DNA of 64,000 nucleotides, taken from contig OZ253470.1 of NCBI GenBank assembly GCA_965261735.1, forward strand, positions 3,520,001 through 3,584,000, read 5' to 3'. Below the pieces are notes generated by a model that saw nothing but the letters and a program-made list of their open reading frames with translations, was not told where the DNA came from and did no database searches. Origin of the DNA: Alphaproteobacteria bacterium (GTDB taxonomy: Bacteria; Pseudomonadota; Alphaproteobacteria; SHVV01). Shown one piece after another: positions 10,687 through 19,956 of this stretch. How positions within the stretch are numbered: position 1 is the first letter of the stretch; every line of letters begins with the position of its first letter. Position numbers and translations under genes: made by a program.

Positions 10687-11712
10687 CCTGCTTATCCCTG
10701 AAAGTCATCCGGCGATGAGGAGGCGATAGGGCATGGGCTGGTTTCGTGCGGCGCTATGGACGAAACGCGGGATCATTGTCTGGAGTTGATAGCGCCGGTT
10801 GTAGCGCCAGGCGAAGCTGGCGAGATAGCGTCCGGCATGGTCGGGGCCGAGCTTGCGATAAGTCCCGGTGATCGCGCTCTTGATGTTGCCGAGCGTCGTG
10901 TTCACCCATTTGAACGATGCCATGCGGGCCGCCTGGCGGCCCGACCCGGTGCGGATCGCCTGGTGGCTGCAGGCGGCTTCTTCGAGTGCGCTCCAGCAGC
11001 CCAGGCGGTCCGTCACAACCGCCGCGCCGGGGGCCAGCCAGTGCTTGGCGCCGCGCGCGATCTCGCGCTTGCGGAAGCCCTTGACCGGCGCCAGCTTCAG
11101 CTTGCGCGGGCGCCCCTCGGGACTGGTCGAGACCGCCGCCACGAAGGGCGTTTTGCCCGCCGCGCCGCGGCCCCGCTTGCCGCCGGAGCGCACCCCGCCG
11201 AGATAGGCGTCGTCCATCTCGACCCGCCCCGTAAGCGCCGTCTCCCCCTCGCGCCGCGCCATCACCGCCATGATCTTGTGCTTCACGGCCCAGGCCGTCG
11301 GCTGCTTGACCCCGAGACGGCGGCCGAGTTCCACCGACGAGATGCCGTTCTTCGCCGTCACGATCAGGTGGATGGCGGCAAACCAGACTGTCAGCGGCAG
11401 CTTGGTCGCGTGGAAGATCGTGCCCGCCGTGGGCGATGTCTGCTTCTTGCACCGGTTGCATTGATAGAGACCCCGACCCGCCAACACGCAATGCTCCCGA
11501 TGGCCGCAGCAGGGGCAGACGAAGCCGCCCGGCCAGCGCAGCCGGACCAGCGCCGCGCGGCACTGCTCCTTGGTGCCGAAGGCCTCCCGAAACGCCTCGT
11601 CGTTCAGACCACGCACGCGCGATGCAACCTTGAACCCCATAACCGTGACCCCCTCATACAGAACATATTGAGAACATACATCCCCATAGGCGGAGTGTCG
11701 CGGATAAGCAGG
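10687..11712 (-). mobile_element. IS1595-family element (1026 bp)
   Basis: IRs CCTGCTTATCC / GGATAAGCAGG; 8-bp TSD TAACGTTT at 10679-10686 and 11713-11720. Confidence 0.92.
10705..11640 (-). CDS. IS1595-family transposase
   Basis: Zn ribbon CPCCG..YQCNRC, GRVEMDDAYLGG, WVNTTLGNIK and YLASFAWRYNRR. Confidence 0.9.
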   Translation of the reverse strand: MGFKVASRVRGLNDEAFREAFGTKEQCRAALVRLRWPGGFVCPCCGHREHCVLAGRGLYQCNRCKKQTSPTAGTIFHATKLPLTVWFAAIHLIVTAKNGISSVELGRRLGVKQPTAWAVKHKIMAVMARREGETALTGRVEMDDAYLGGVRSGGKRGRGAAGKTPFVAAVSTSPEGRPRKLKLAPVKGFRKREIARGAKHWLAPGAAVVTDRLGCWSALEEAACSHQAIRTGSGRQAARMASFKWVNTTLGNIKSAITGTYRKLGPDHAGRYLASFAWRYNRRYQLQTMIPRFVHSAARNQPMPYRLLIAG

Positions 11713-11719
11713 TAACGTT

Positions 11720-12964
11720 TTGAAGCTTTCCCAGCCATCGACGTTTTCCGATCCGTTGACCGAGGTGCTGCGCAGCGGCGCCCGGTCCCTGCTGGCGCGG
11801 GCGGTCGAGGCGGAGGTGGCGGCGTTCCTTGATGGCCACTCCGAGGCGCGCACCGAAGAAGGCCGCCGACGGCTGGTGCGCCACGGCCACCTGCCCGAAC
11901 GCGAGATCATGACCGGCATCGGCCCGGTTGCGGTTCGCGCGCCACGCGTTCGCGACCGCACGGGCCTGGGCGCCGACCGCATCCGGTTCAGCTCCGCGCT
12001 CCTGCCGCCTTATGCGCGGCGCTCGAAGAGCCTCGAAGTCCTGATCCCGGTCCTCTACCTCAAGGGCATCTCCACGGGCGACTTCGCCGAGGCGCTGGCG
12101 GCCTTGCTCGGGCCAGACGCCGGCGGCCTGTCGGCCTCGACCGTCGCGCGGCTCACCGAGGTTTGGGCGGACGAGCACGCGCACTGGCTGAAGCGGGATC
12201 TGTCGGCCAGGCACTATGTCTACTTCTGGGCCGACGGCATCCATGTGCAGGCCCGGCTCGAGGACGATGCGCAATGCCTGCTGGTCATCATCGGCGCGAC
12301 GCCGGAGGGTAAGAAGGAACTCGTAGGCCTCATCGACGGGGTGCGCGAGAGCGCCCAATCGTGGCGCGAGCTGCTACTTGACCTCAAACGGCGCGGGCTT
12401 GCGGTCGCGCCCGAACTCGCCATCGCCGACGGCGCGCTCGGCTTCTGGAAGGCGATCGAGGAAGTGTGGCCCCGGACCCGCAGCCAGCGCTGTTGGGTGC
12501 ACAAGACCGCCAACATGCTCAACAAGCTGCCCAAGAGCCAGCACTCGAAGGTAAAGCGTGCTCTCCAGGAGATCTGGATGGCCGAGACCAGGAACGACGC
12601 AGACAGAGCCTTCGACGCCTTCATCGAGACCTACGCCGTCAAGTACGACAAGGCGGCCGCCTGCCTGGTCAAGGATCGCGCGACGATGCTGGCGTTCTAC
12701 GACTTTCCCGCCGAGCATTGGAAGCATCTGCGCACCACCAACCCCATCGAAAGCACATTCGCCACCGTGCGACACCGTACCGTGCGATCCAAGGGATGCC
12801 TCTCCAACAAGACGGCGCTCGCCATGGTCTTCAAACTCGCCCAGGCGGCACAGAACAGTTGGCGCCGCCTCGACGGACACAACCAGTTGCCCAAGCTGAT
12901 CGTCAGCGTAAAGTTCATCGACGGAATCGAAGCCGTCAGGCAACAACCTCAAGCCGCCGCCTGA
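11720..12964 (+). pseudogene. IS256-family transposase B, separated from its first six codons (GTG 10668) by the IS1595
   Basis: WADGI, QRCWVHK and RTTNPIES motifs; reconstructed N-terminus MSDNNVLKLSQP. Confidence 0.88.
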
Positions 12965-13050
12965 CCTAAACCGTCACCAAGATTCGGCTATAGCTCGCCG
13001 ATCGGCGTCCTGACCTTTTGACTTCGTTAGTGTCTGTGGGGTCATAGTTG

Positions 13051-13232
13051 GGGTCTGACTCAATCTAGATGATGGTGGCTTCGGACAGCACGACGAGGCG
13101 GATTCTGAGCACATCCAGATCGACACATCCCAAAACATGGCGCTGGAAGGCCCCCAGATTGTCGATCTGGCCTCCATTCGCCGACATCTGGCGTCCATAA
13201 ACCGCTGACATCATCGAGACCGCGACAGACCC
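13051..13232. mobile_element. About 182-bp MITE with ISL3-like ends, copy 1
   Basis: Ends GGGTCTGACTCAATCT / AGACCGCGACAGACCC, flanked by a direct repeat ATAGTTG(G); homologous to 30559-30742. Confidence 0.7.
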
Positions 13233-13261
13233 ATAGTTGGGCGCCGAATAACAACCGTGGT

Positions 13262-13415
13262 CGATTGCTGACCTTCTACGATTTCGCGGCCCAACACTGG
13301 AAGCACGTCCAATCGAGCAACCCGATATCCCTTGTCGCTGAGACAGGTCGAAGATCTGCTGTCCGAACGTGGCATCGACGTCTGCCACGAGACAGTACGG
13401 TACTGGTGGAACCGG
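13262..13415 (+). pseudogene. Fused fragments of IS256 and IS6 transposases
   Basis: LLTFYDFAAQHWKHVQSSNPI (IS256) followed by LSLRQVEDLLSERGIDVCHETVRYWWNR (IS6). Confidence 0.65.
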
Positions 13416-13427
13416 AGGGCGCAGCCG

Positions 13428-13715
13428 TTATGCGGCCGCGACGCGCTTGACCATGATCTGTCGTTCCAAGTCACGCGATTGGGCAAGGTCAAAGGCCATC
13501 TGCATGCCAAGCCATGTTTCTGGGGTCGAACCGAAAGCCTTTGACAGTCGATAGGCCATTTCAATGGAAACAGATGCTTTCTCGTTCACCAGATTGGAAA
13601 GTGTCTGACGCCCGACACCGAGGCTCTTTGCACCTTCGGTGACCGACAGGGACAGCGGTTTCAGGCAGTCCTCACGCACAATGGCGCCAGGATGGACAGG
13701 GTTCTTCATCGCCAT
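13428..13715 (-). CDS. higA: HigA-family antitoxin (Xre HTH)
   Basis: NPVHPGAIVREDCLKPL...LSNLVNEKASVSIEMAYRLSKAFGSTPETWLGMQMAFDL. Confidence 0.92.
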   Translation of the reverse strand: MAMKNPVHPGAIVREDCLKPLSLSVTEGAKSLGVGRQTLSNLVNEKASVSIEMAYRLSKAFGSTPETWLGMQMAFDLAQSRDLERQIMVKRVAAA

Positions 13716-13726
13716 GTCACGGGCTC

Positions 13727-14005
13727 CTAGTGGTAATCCAGATAATCAACATCTACGGCGTGTCCGTCCTCGAACCGAAATGTCACCCGCCAATTGCCGG
13801 AGACCGATACCGCGTAATGACCTTTCATACGGCCCTTGAGCGGGTGTAACCGAAAGCCCGGAAGGTCCATCCCTTCGGGACCATCGCTTCGATCCAATGC
13901 GGTGAGGATGCGCTCAATCTTGGTAATATGGCCCGGCGAGACCCGAGCGGAGCCTCCATCCTTGTACAGCTCCCTTAAGCCGCGATGACGAAATGACTTG
14001 ATCAC
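13727..14005 (-). CDS. higB: HigB-family (RelE/ParE superfamily) toxin
   Basis: MIKSFRHRGL...PGFRLHPLKG...VSVSGNWRVTFRF...VDYLDYH; toxin-first gene order. Confidence 0.92.
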   Translation of the reverse strand: MIKSFRHRGLRELYKDGGSARVSPGHITKIERILTALDRSDGPEGMDLPGFRLHPLKGRMKGHYAVSVSGNWRVTFRFEDGHAVDVDYLDYH

Positions 14006-14012
14006 CTGAGGT

Positions 14013-14041
14013 AGTGTATGGTGTCAATCGACAGATATCAA
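14013..14041 (-). promoter_or_regulatory. Sigma70-type promoter of higBA with palindromic operator
   Basis: Minus strand TTGATA-N17-TACACT, 7 nt before the GTG start; TGTC-N4-GACA inverted repeat at 14022-14033 in the spacer. Confidence 0.65.
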
Positions 14042-14044
14042 CCC

Positions 14045-14345
14045 CGGGATGACGACCGGCGCTGTCCAGTCAGACCATCTGAGCGGAGCCTGAGTCGCTA
14101 ATAATCTACGGGCGAGCGAATCATCGTCGACGGGCTCGACGAGATCGCCTCCGTAGCGCCAGGCAGCGCGGTCGAAGCCGTGTTGACGCAACTTTCGGCA
14201 ATGGGCAATCCACTCTTTGACAAGACGTTTGCGAAGACAGAGGCGATTCTTATCGAACACCGCGACATGCCGCACTATGGCGCCGCGCAGTTGCTCGAAG
14301 AAGAAACTCTAAGCGGAGATCAACTTGGCGCAATCGTCGGGTCGC
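14045..14345 (+). pseudogene. Possible FtsH/M41 peptidase C-terminal relic
   Basis: GMTTGAVQSD and AKTEAILIEHRD...AAQLLEEETLSGDQL resemble M41 C-terminal segments; stop codons present. Confidence 0.35.
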
Positions 14346-14398
14346 CCGCCAGGCAGCCACCACCTCAACGGCCGACTGAGACGCCAGTTGGCGCACAC

Positions 14399-14605
14399 CT
14401 AACCGGGTGCGTTATCGATGTCTGCTTCCGACAGCAGCCAGTCGCGGAAGATCTTGACCTTTGGGCGGTCTGCGTTCGTCAGCGGACACATGACGTAGTA
14501 TGCCTCATCAAGCGGCAAGGAGATGTCGAATGGCCTGACCAGACGGCCGTCGGCGAGCGCCGTGGCGGCTATGGCACTGCGTGCCACGGCAACGCCCTGA
14601 CCTCG
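14399..14605 (-). pseudogene. LysR (GcvA-like) substrate-binding domain C-terminal fragment
   Basis: GQGVAVAR...LADGRLVRPF...YYVMCP...PKVKIFRDWLLSEA. Confidence 0.7.
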
Positions 14606-14697
14606 AGATCGCCCGGCAGACGCACGACGCCTTTTGCACGATCCCGTCTCGCACTCGCCGGCGCTCCCGTGGTCCCGCAAAGGCGGGACGGAACAGG

Positions 14698-15345
14698 TCA
14701 GTGGATCGTCGGCTTGTCGACCACCATGGTCGAGAGAGCTTGTTGCCGCGTTCGCTTGCAGACAAGTACCAGAGCTTGTAGCTCTTTCTCGGCGATGCGT
14801 GTGAGCTCCCGCACGTTCTTGACGGTGCTCGCCAGGTCCTTTTCGAACGCCGGCGGCACCGCCTCCCTTTCGATGAGATCGACAATGCCGCGCATCATGG
14901 CGTTGATCTCGCCGAGACTGTCCAGGGCTTCGCTGGCCCGTTCGGGCAGTTCGATGGCCTCCTTATCGCCGAACAGGCCATCGATGAAGCCTTCAAGCTC
15001 TTCCGTGCGCACCCGGCACATGCGCCGAAGGTCGTCCGGGTCACACTTGGCGGCTATCCGAGTCAAACGGAACGGCTTGGTTGCCGATTGATGTTTCGCC
15101 AATTCGTTCCAGAGGCTCATCAGAGCCTCGAACAGCTCGTTGGCGGCCTCTGCGTTGTCGAACTCGGGCAGCTCGCCACCCCAAAAACCCCCTATAGTTC
15201 GGAGGGGGGACGTATCGAGATTGGGCGTTGCGATATTGCCGAAGAAGCGTGTACGCACGACATGAAACGGAATCGGACATGCGTAACGCTCCAATAGAGC
15301 GCGGACCGTCTTGTCCCCAACGAATCTGTGGGAAGGCTTGTTCAT
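14698..15345 (-). CDS. Hypothetical protein (215 aa)
   Basis: Globular-looking ORF MNKPSHRFVGDKTVRALLERYACP...; upstream extension in the ORF track is shadow sequence. Confidence 0.65.
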   Translation of the reverse strand: MNKPSHRFVGDKTVRALLERYACPIPFHVVRTRFFGNIATPNLDTSPLRTIGGFWGGELPEFDNAEAANELFEALMSLWNELAKHQSATKPFRLTRIAAKCDPDDLRRMCRVRTEELEGFIDGLFGDKEAIELPERASEALDSLGEINAMMRGIVDLIEREAVPPAFEKDLASTVKNVRELTRIAEKELQALVLVCKRTRQQALSTMVVDKPTIH

Positions 15346-15667
15346 TCTCGATCCAACATCTAGACCATCCACTTGCTCACACCAGCCTACGCCGCCCATT
15401 GTCCGAATGTCTCTATCAGATGCCTTTTGTTGGCCAACCGCTCGACCTGCCCGATTCCGATCCCGCGCTCGCGCGGGAAGTGAACAACGCCGGCGGGCCG
15501 ACACTGATGCGGCAGCAAGTGTTGAGGGGTCTGCACGAACGCGGCAACGACGCCCACCATCGGCGGTTGTGTCTGACCTTCGGGCATCGCGCATGAGCGC
15601 GCGATGCATCCGTGCGTTGGGAGGGGAGCTTTTGGGGCTATATCCACACCCTGGCGGCACGCTGACA

Positions 15668-15865
15668 TGACGACCCCAGTGCAGCAGATGCCCGCGTGGT
15701 CCGGGCCCGCGTTTCTCTCCTTCGGCTTCCGACCGTTTTTTCTCTCCGCGGCGGTCTGGGCGGCGCTGAGCATGGCGCTTTGGGTGTCGATGCTGTCGGG
15801 GCGACTGGAACTGACGACAGCGTTCGATCCCGTGTCCTGGCATGCCCATGAAGTGCTGTTCGGAT
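15668..15865 (+). pseudogene. nnrS: NnrS-family protein N-terminal fragment cut by IS6
   Basis: FLSFGFRPFFL...WHAHEVLFG signature; ends at the IS6 left IR. Confidence 0.8.
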
Positions 15866-16668
15866 GGCATTGACACGTTAAGTCGGTGGCCGGATCGGGC
15901 AGGGGCCGCTACCGTCGGCGTATGACGCCAATTTCTTTCAAGCGACATCGTTTTTCGCCAGAGATCATCCAGCATGCGGTCTGGCTCTATGCTCGGTTCA
16001 CGCTGTCATTTCGCGATGTCGAGGACCTGCTGGCCGAGCGCGGTATCGATGTCTCGAACGAGACGGTGCGACGCTGGTTTCTGAAATTCGGGCGCCTGAT
16101 CTCAGGCAATCTTCGCCGCAGCCGTCCACGTGCCAGTGCTCGTTGGCACCTTGACGAAATGGTCATCAGTATCCGCGGTCGAAGACATTGGCTGTGGCGG
16201 GCGGTCGACGACGAAGGTGAAGTTCTCGACTTCCTGGTCCAGCCACGACGCTGCGCCCGATCGGCGCAGAGGTTGCTGCGGAAGCTGCTGAAGAAGCAGG
16301 GCTTTGCGCCGAAGCGCATTACCACGGACAAGCTCAAATCCTACGCTGTTGCGATCCGCAAAGAGCGACTTACCGCTATTCACGATCAGGGATTGCGGGC
16401 GAACAATCGAGCCGAGAATTCACACCAGCCGGTACGTCGACGCGAACGAAAACAACAGCGATTCAATTCACCGGGATCCGCCCAACGGTTCCTTTCAATC
16501 CACGCCGCCGTCTACAACGCTTTCTACGTCCAGCACCATCTTTTACCCCGCCGCATTTTCAAGGCGTTTCGAGCCGAGACGTTCGCTGTCTGGAATCAAG
16601 GCTGGTGTGCTGCCTGATCCAGATCACGATCCAATTGTGCCGAACGCGGCAGTTAACGTGTCAATGCC
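15866..16668 (+). mobile_element. IS6-family insertion sequence (803 bp)
   Basis: 16-bp perfect IR GGCATTGACACGTTAA / TTAACGTGTCAATGCC; no matching TSD. Confidence 0.92.
15922..16617 (+). CDS. IS6-family transposase
   Basis: FKRHRFSPEII, WHLDEM, LWRAVD, ITTDKLKSY and NNRAENSH. Confidence 0.92.
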   Translation: MTPISFKRHRFSPEIIQHAVWLYARFTLSFRDVEDLLAERGIDVSNETVRRWFLKFGRLISGNLRRSRPRASARWHLDEMVISIRGRRHWLWRAVDDEGEVLDFLVQPRRCARSAQRLLRKLLKKQGFAPKRITTDKLKSYAVAIRKERLTAIHDQGLRANNRAENSHQPVRRRERKQQRFNSPGSAQRFLSIHAAVYNAFYVQHHLLPRRIFKAFRAETFAVWNQGWCAA

Positions 16669-16782
16669 CCTTGGCCTGACCCTGACGGTCGGCGATGAAC
16701 TCGTTGATCCGTGCACGGGCAAGAACGGCAAGCACGCGATGAAGGGCTTGTTCCGGCAGTCCGTCTTCGGCCGCCTTGGGGG
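16669..16782 (+). pseudogene. IS1380-family transposase fragment
   Basis: LGLT...DPCTGKNGKHAMKGLFRQSVFGRLGG, homologous to the 24020-24110 minus-strand segment. Confidence 0.6.
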
Positions 16783-16846
16783 CAAGATCGACGCTCCGCT
16801 CAAGGACGTCGAACAGCGAGCCAAAAAACCAGATCGAGGTGATGCC

Positions 16847-17632
16847 ATGCCGATTTACGATAAACCAACTAAAGAACTAATGCGCGAATTTGCCACAGAA
16901 CGTCTGACCCCAGGCCAAGTATTCAATGGCAAGGAGGCAGTTGCCTGGTTTGCCGAACGCTACCCCAACATCAAAAACAATACGGTGAGCATGCATGTCG
17001 ATGGGATGGCGGTGAACTCGAACAGGCGTAAACATGTCTCGACCGCGCGCCCCGGCGGCGGGCTCGATCTCTTTTATAAGCTAGGTCCCAATCAGTACCG
17101 CCTGTGGGATCCCGACAATGATCCGGCGCCGATGTACAGGGACGACTTCGAGAAGGCGGATGAGCGACGCACCGACGACGATGATCAGGACGTTGATGAG
17201 GAGACCGATGTTCAAGAAAGGGAGAGGTCGGCAGAGTTCGCCTATGAAGCTGATCTCAAAAATTACCTCGCCCGCAACCTACATGTCCTGGAGGGCGGTT
17301 TGACCCTCTACGAAGACGAGGATGGGACATTTACCGGTCTTGAGTTTCCCGTGGGTGGACGCTTCATCGATATCTTGGCCTGCGATCGCAATGGTGATTT
17401 CGTGGTTATCGAGCTGAAAGTGTCACGCGGGTACGACCGGGTGATCGGGCAACTTCTCCGTTACATGGCATGGATCTCGAAAAACCTCGCCGATGGACGA
17501 CCGGTTCGCGGCGTGATTGTCGCCAGCAAGATCACCAAGGACCTGCTACTAGCGACGTCATTAGTCGGCAATGTAGCCCTCTGGCAATACCAACTGTCGT
17601 TTCAGATGGAACCGGTCGCTGCACCTGTTTGA
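16847..17632 (+). CDS. NucS/EndoMS-like PD-(D/E)XK endonuclease with N-terminal accessory domain
   Basis: FAYEADLKNYL...GRFIDILACD...VVIELKVSRG...IGQLLRYM; acidic linker; GAGG RBS before ATG 16847. Confidence 0.8.
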   Translation: MPIYDKPTKELMREFATERLTPGQVFNGKEAVAWFAERYPNIKNNTVSMHVDGMAVNSNRRKHVSTARPGGGLDLFYKLGPNQYRLWDPDNDPAPMYRDDFEKADERRTDDDDQDVDEETDVQERERSAEFAYEADLKNYLARNLHVLEGGLTLYEDEDGTFTGLEFPVGGRFIDILACDRNGDFVVIELKVSRGYDRVIGQLLRYMAWISKNLADGRPVRGVIVASKITKDLLLATSLVGNVALWQYQLSFQMEPVAAPV

Positions 17633-17679
17633 CCGACCTCACGCAACACATCGGCCATCAACGCATCATTACCAATTTG

Positions 17680-17810
17680 AAGGACAAACCGCCACGCTCG
17701 CGCAAGCCGAAGCGGTTGGCCGCGCGCAGAACCCGTTGCAGATAGTTCCCGCCCGTCTTCCCGCCCCGGCTGCGGATGGGCGTGAAGCGGTCCTCGCCGT
17801 CGCCGCTCAT
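17680..17810 (-). pseudogene. Conjugative relaxase (RlxS/DUF3363-like) N-terminal stub
   Basis: MSGDGEDRFTPIRSRGG...YLQRVLRAA resembles N-termini of ICE relaxases. Confidence 0.4.
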
Positions 17811-17989
17811 CGCGCGGCCATCACGGCAACGGTGGAATGGAGTAACATCGTAGAAAGCCCCGCCTGCTCCATGGCTTACGCCGAAACGGGGCGTCACCCA
17901 AACCTCGCGTAGCGCCGAAAAAGAGACGTGCAGACAAGGACATGGGCGGGCGTTGTCAGACAAAAATGGATTGATGCGCAGGTGGGGCC

Positions 17990-18245
17990 TCCATAGTTTT
18001 CCAGCGCATGCGCTGAAGGGCGGGTCGCGCCGTCACCCAGCCTGTTGCTCCGGTCTGCTATGGCCGAAGCCCGGACGATCAGCGATCCTGCCGGGAACGC
18101 CAAACTCTGCAAGGGTTCCGAGGGCGGGCGCCGCATGAGGGCCAAGGACGATGCAGCGGCGGCTACGATCCTTGCAGTTAGTGCCGGGGTCCGGGCCGCA
18201 CTCCACCTTGCCCCACGTGGTGGGGTCTACATGGGAATGGTATAA
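17990..18245 (+). pseudogene. Phage terminase large subunit C-terminal fragment
   Basis: LLRSAMAEARTISDPAGNAKLCK...RAKDDAAAATILAV resembles the terminase nuclease-domain end (D..GN.K...RIDG..A). Confidence 0.6.
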
Positions 18246-18356
18246 CTTGACCCCTCGACAGGTTGAACCCCGCGCTCGCGCTACCGGCGGATGGTGGCGC
18301 GGTATGTTCGGCCACGGTAAGGCGAAGTGAATCACTTCAGAAAGGACAAAAATCGA

Positions 18357-18640
18357 TGAGTAGTGTGAGGAAAGAGTTGGAGGAGCTTGCGGTTCGTATC
18401 GGGAAAGAAGCGGCTGACAAGAAACAGGCCGATGAGCAGTGGGATGCTTCCATTTCAAACAACAGAATCTGGCTGAACCTAAGCATTTTAACTTACAGCA
18501 CGTCGGAAGAGATAAATGAGGAGAATTGTGGTGACTTAGAATCTCTCATGGCCTCGATGAGGGGAAATTTGGAACAGCAGCGTCGTAAAGATGAGAAGTA
18601 CGCAAGAGCTCTACTTGAAAAATGCGGCCCCGGCACTTGA
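18357..18640 (+). CDS. Small low-GC hypothetical protein
   Basis: AAAGGA RBS, ORF MSSVRKELEELAVRIG...; no recognised family. Confidence 0.45.
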
Positions 18641-18670
18641 GGGCGGAAGAGCAGTGTCGCAACGGAGCAC

Positions 18671-18799
18671 ATGAGCCACCACCACCTCCACCTCAACGCG
18701 CGCCGCTGGGCTCAGGTCCGGTGGCGCGTCTTCGAGCGCAAAGGCTGGCGCCAGCGAGTGCAGCACAAGCGCTCCACGTGGCCCGGGCTGTTCAGCGGG
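18671..18799 (+). pseudogene. Second HNH endonuclease N-terminal fragment
   Basis: MSHHHLHLNARRWAQVRWRVFERKGWR is homologous to MSRHHVHLDARRWQAVRRAVFERDGYR at 10348. Confidence 0.7.
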
Positions 18800-19856
18800 C
18801 TAGTGGATAGATTCCGACGCTTCGATCCCTTCCCAGGCGGCCATTGTTGACGGATATCCCCGATATTTCAATATGATAGCTTGTTTGGTGTTTGGATCCT
18901 TGCCTATCCGGTTAACGCCCATGACCGCTACATGTAGGGTGCCGCCACTCTCCCGAGTAAAGCTCGGCATAGGTTGGAGCAGAGGTGTCGCCCGCGATGC
19001 CGAGCAATGAGCGGAAGGCGTTGAACGGGTAGAACCGCCTGTTGAAGCGGAAGGTGAACTCGTTGAGGTAGGCTTGTAGGTGCTGGTGGCTAACGCCGTG
19101 GTGGATACCGATCAGCCACGTCTTCAGGTTGGCGAAAACCAGCACGACGGCGAGCCGAACGCGTCCGGCATAGCGTCCGTCTTTCCGGTTGTCGAGCTTG
19201 GTGCCCGGCTTTCGATGACGCACCTCGATGGCACAGGAGACGGGAACCTTGTGGTGAACACCACGGCCTTCCCCACGCGTTCGCCCGCCAACCCAGGTTT
19301 CGTCCACCTCAACATGGTTCTTGGGCTGTCCACCGGATCCTGTCTTGGTTGGGCCGCACCATGCCCGAGCGGAGCTTGTGGAGAATTTGAAAGGCCGTCT
19401 CGTAGCGCGAAAGACCAAGTTGCCGCTGAAACTGCACGGCGGACATGCCGGGCGTCTGACTGGCGACCAGATAAGCGGCCCAGAACCAGACGTTCAGCGG
19501 AGTGTGGCTACGCTCCATCACTGTTCCCACCGTCAGCCCGGTGTTCTGGCGGCACTTGCGGCAGCGCAGGACGCCAGGGCGGTTTTCAAAGTGGAACGGC
19601 TCTCCTGCCGTGCCGCAGTGCGGGCAGGCAAAGCCGTCTCCCCAGCGGGCTTTCTCCAGGTAGGCGGCGCAGGCCGCATCATCGGGGAAAAGTCGCTGGA
19701 ACTCGGGTAGCGAATGCGGGAATGGGAGATCGGCGCGGTCGAGAACATCCATGGCGCGCTCCCCTATATCCGGGTTGCGCCCATTCTAGCCCTAGTGGGT
19801 GTGGGTGTAAACCGGATATGCAAGTTTGGATCTATTCGTCTCGATCAATCCACTAG
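18800..19856. mobile_element. About 120-bp IS630-type MITE interrupted by IS1595
   Basis: Ends CTAGTGGATAGATTCC / GATCAATCCACTAG match the ends of the IS630 at 49768-50922. Confidence 0.7.
18899..19824 (-). mobile_element. IS1595-family element 2, copy A (internally deleted, frameshifted)
   Basis: IRs CTTGCCTATCCGGTT / AACCGGATATGCAAG; 8-bp TSD TTTGGATC; lacks about 180 bp present at 28503-28682; +1 frameshift near 19336. Confidence 0.9.
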
Positions 19857-19956
19857 GTTCCACAGGGCACGCGCAAGAGTTTTACGGGGAGACTAAAGCA
19901 GTGGACGTGAACCTGAAAGTTCCAGCAATAGAAAAACTACTGGACTATGCTGCTAG

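Larger units (their letters stand above)
10571..12996 (+). mobile_element. IS256-family element B, interrupted by IS1595
   Basis: IRs GAGCTATGGCCAGAAGTTGGTGACGG / CCGTCACCAAGATTCGGCTATAGCTC; 9-bp TSD GCCGATCGG at 10562-10570 and 12997-13005. Confidence 0.9.
10538..13253. mobile_element. IS21-type MITE carrying nested insertions
   Basis: Ends TGTTATTAGGCG (10538) and CGCCGAATAACA (13253); once the nested elements are removed the sequence is colinear with 7365-7455. Confidence 0.6.

Noticed and set aside
16304-17632. 442-aa ORF as an IS-nuclease fusion
   Set aside because: The upstream part is off-frame IS6 plus an IS1380 fragment; a proper RBS and ATG exist at 16847.
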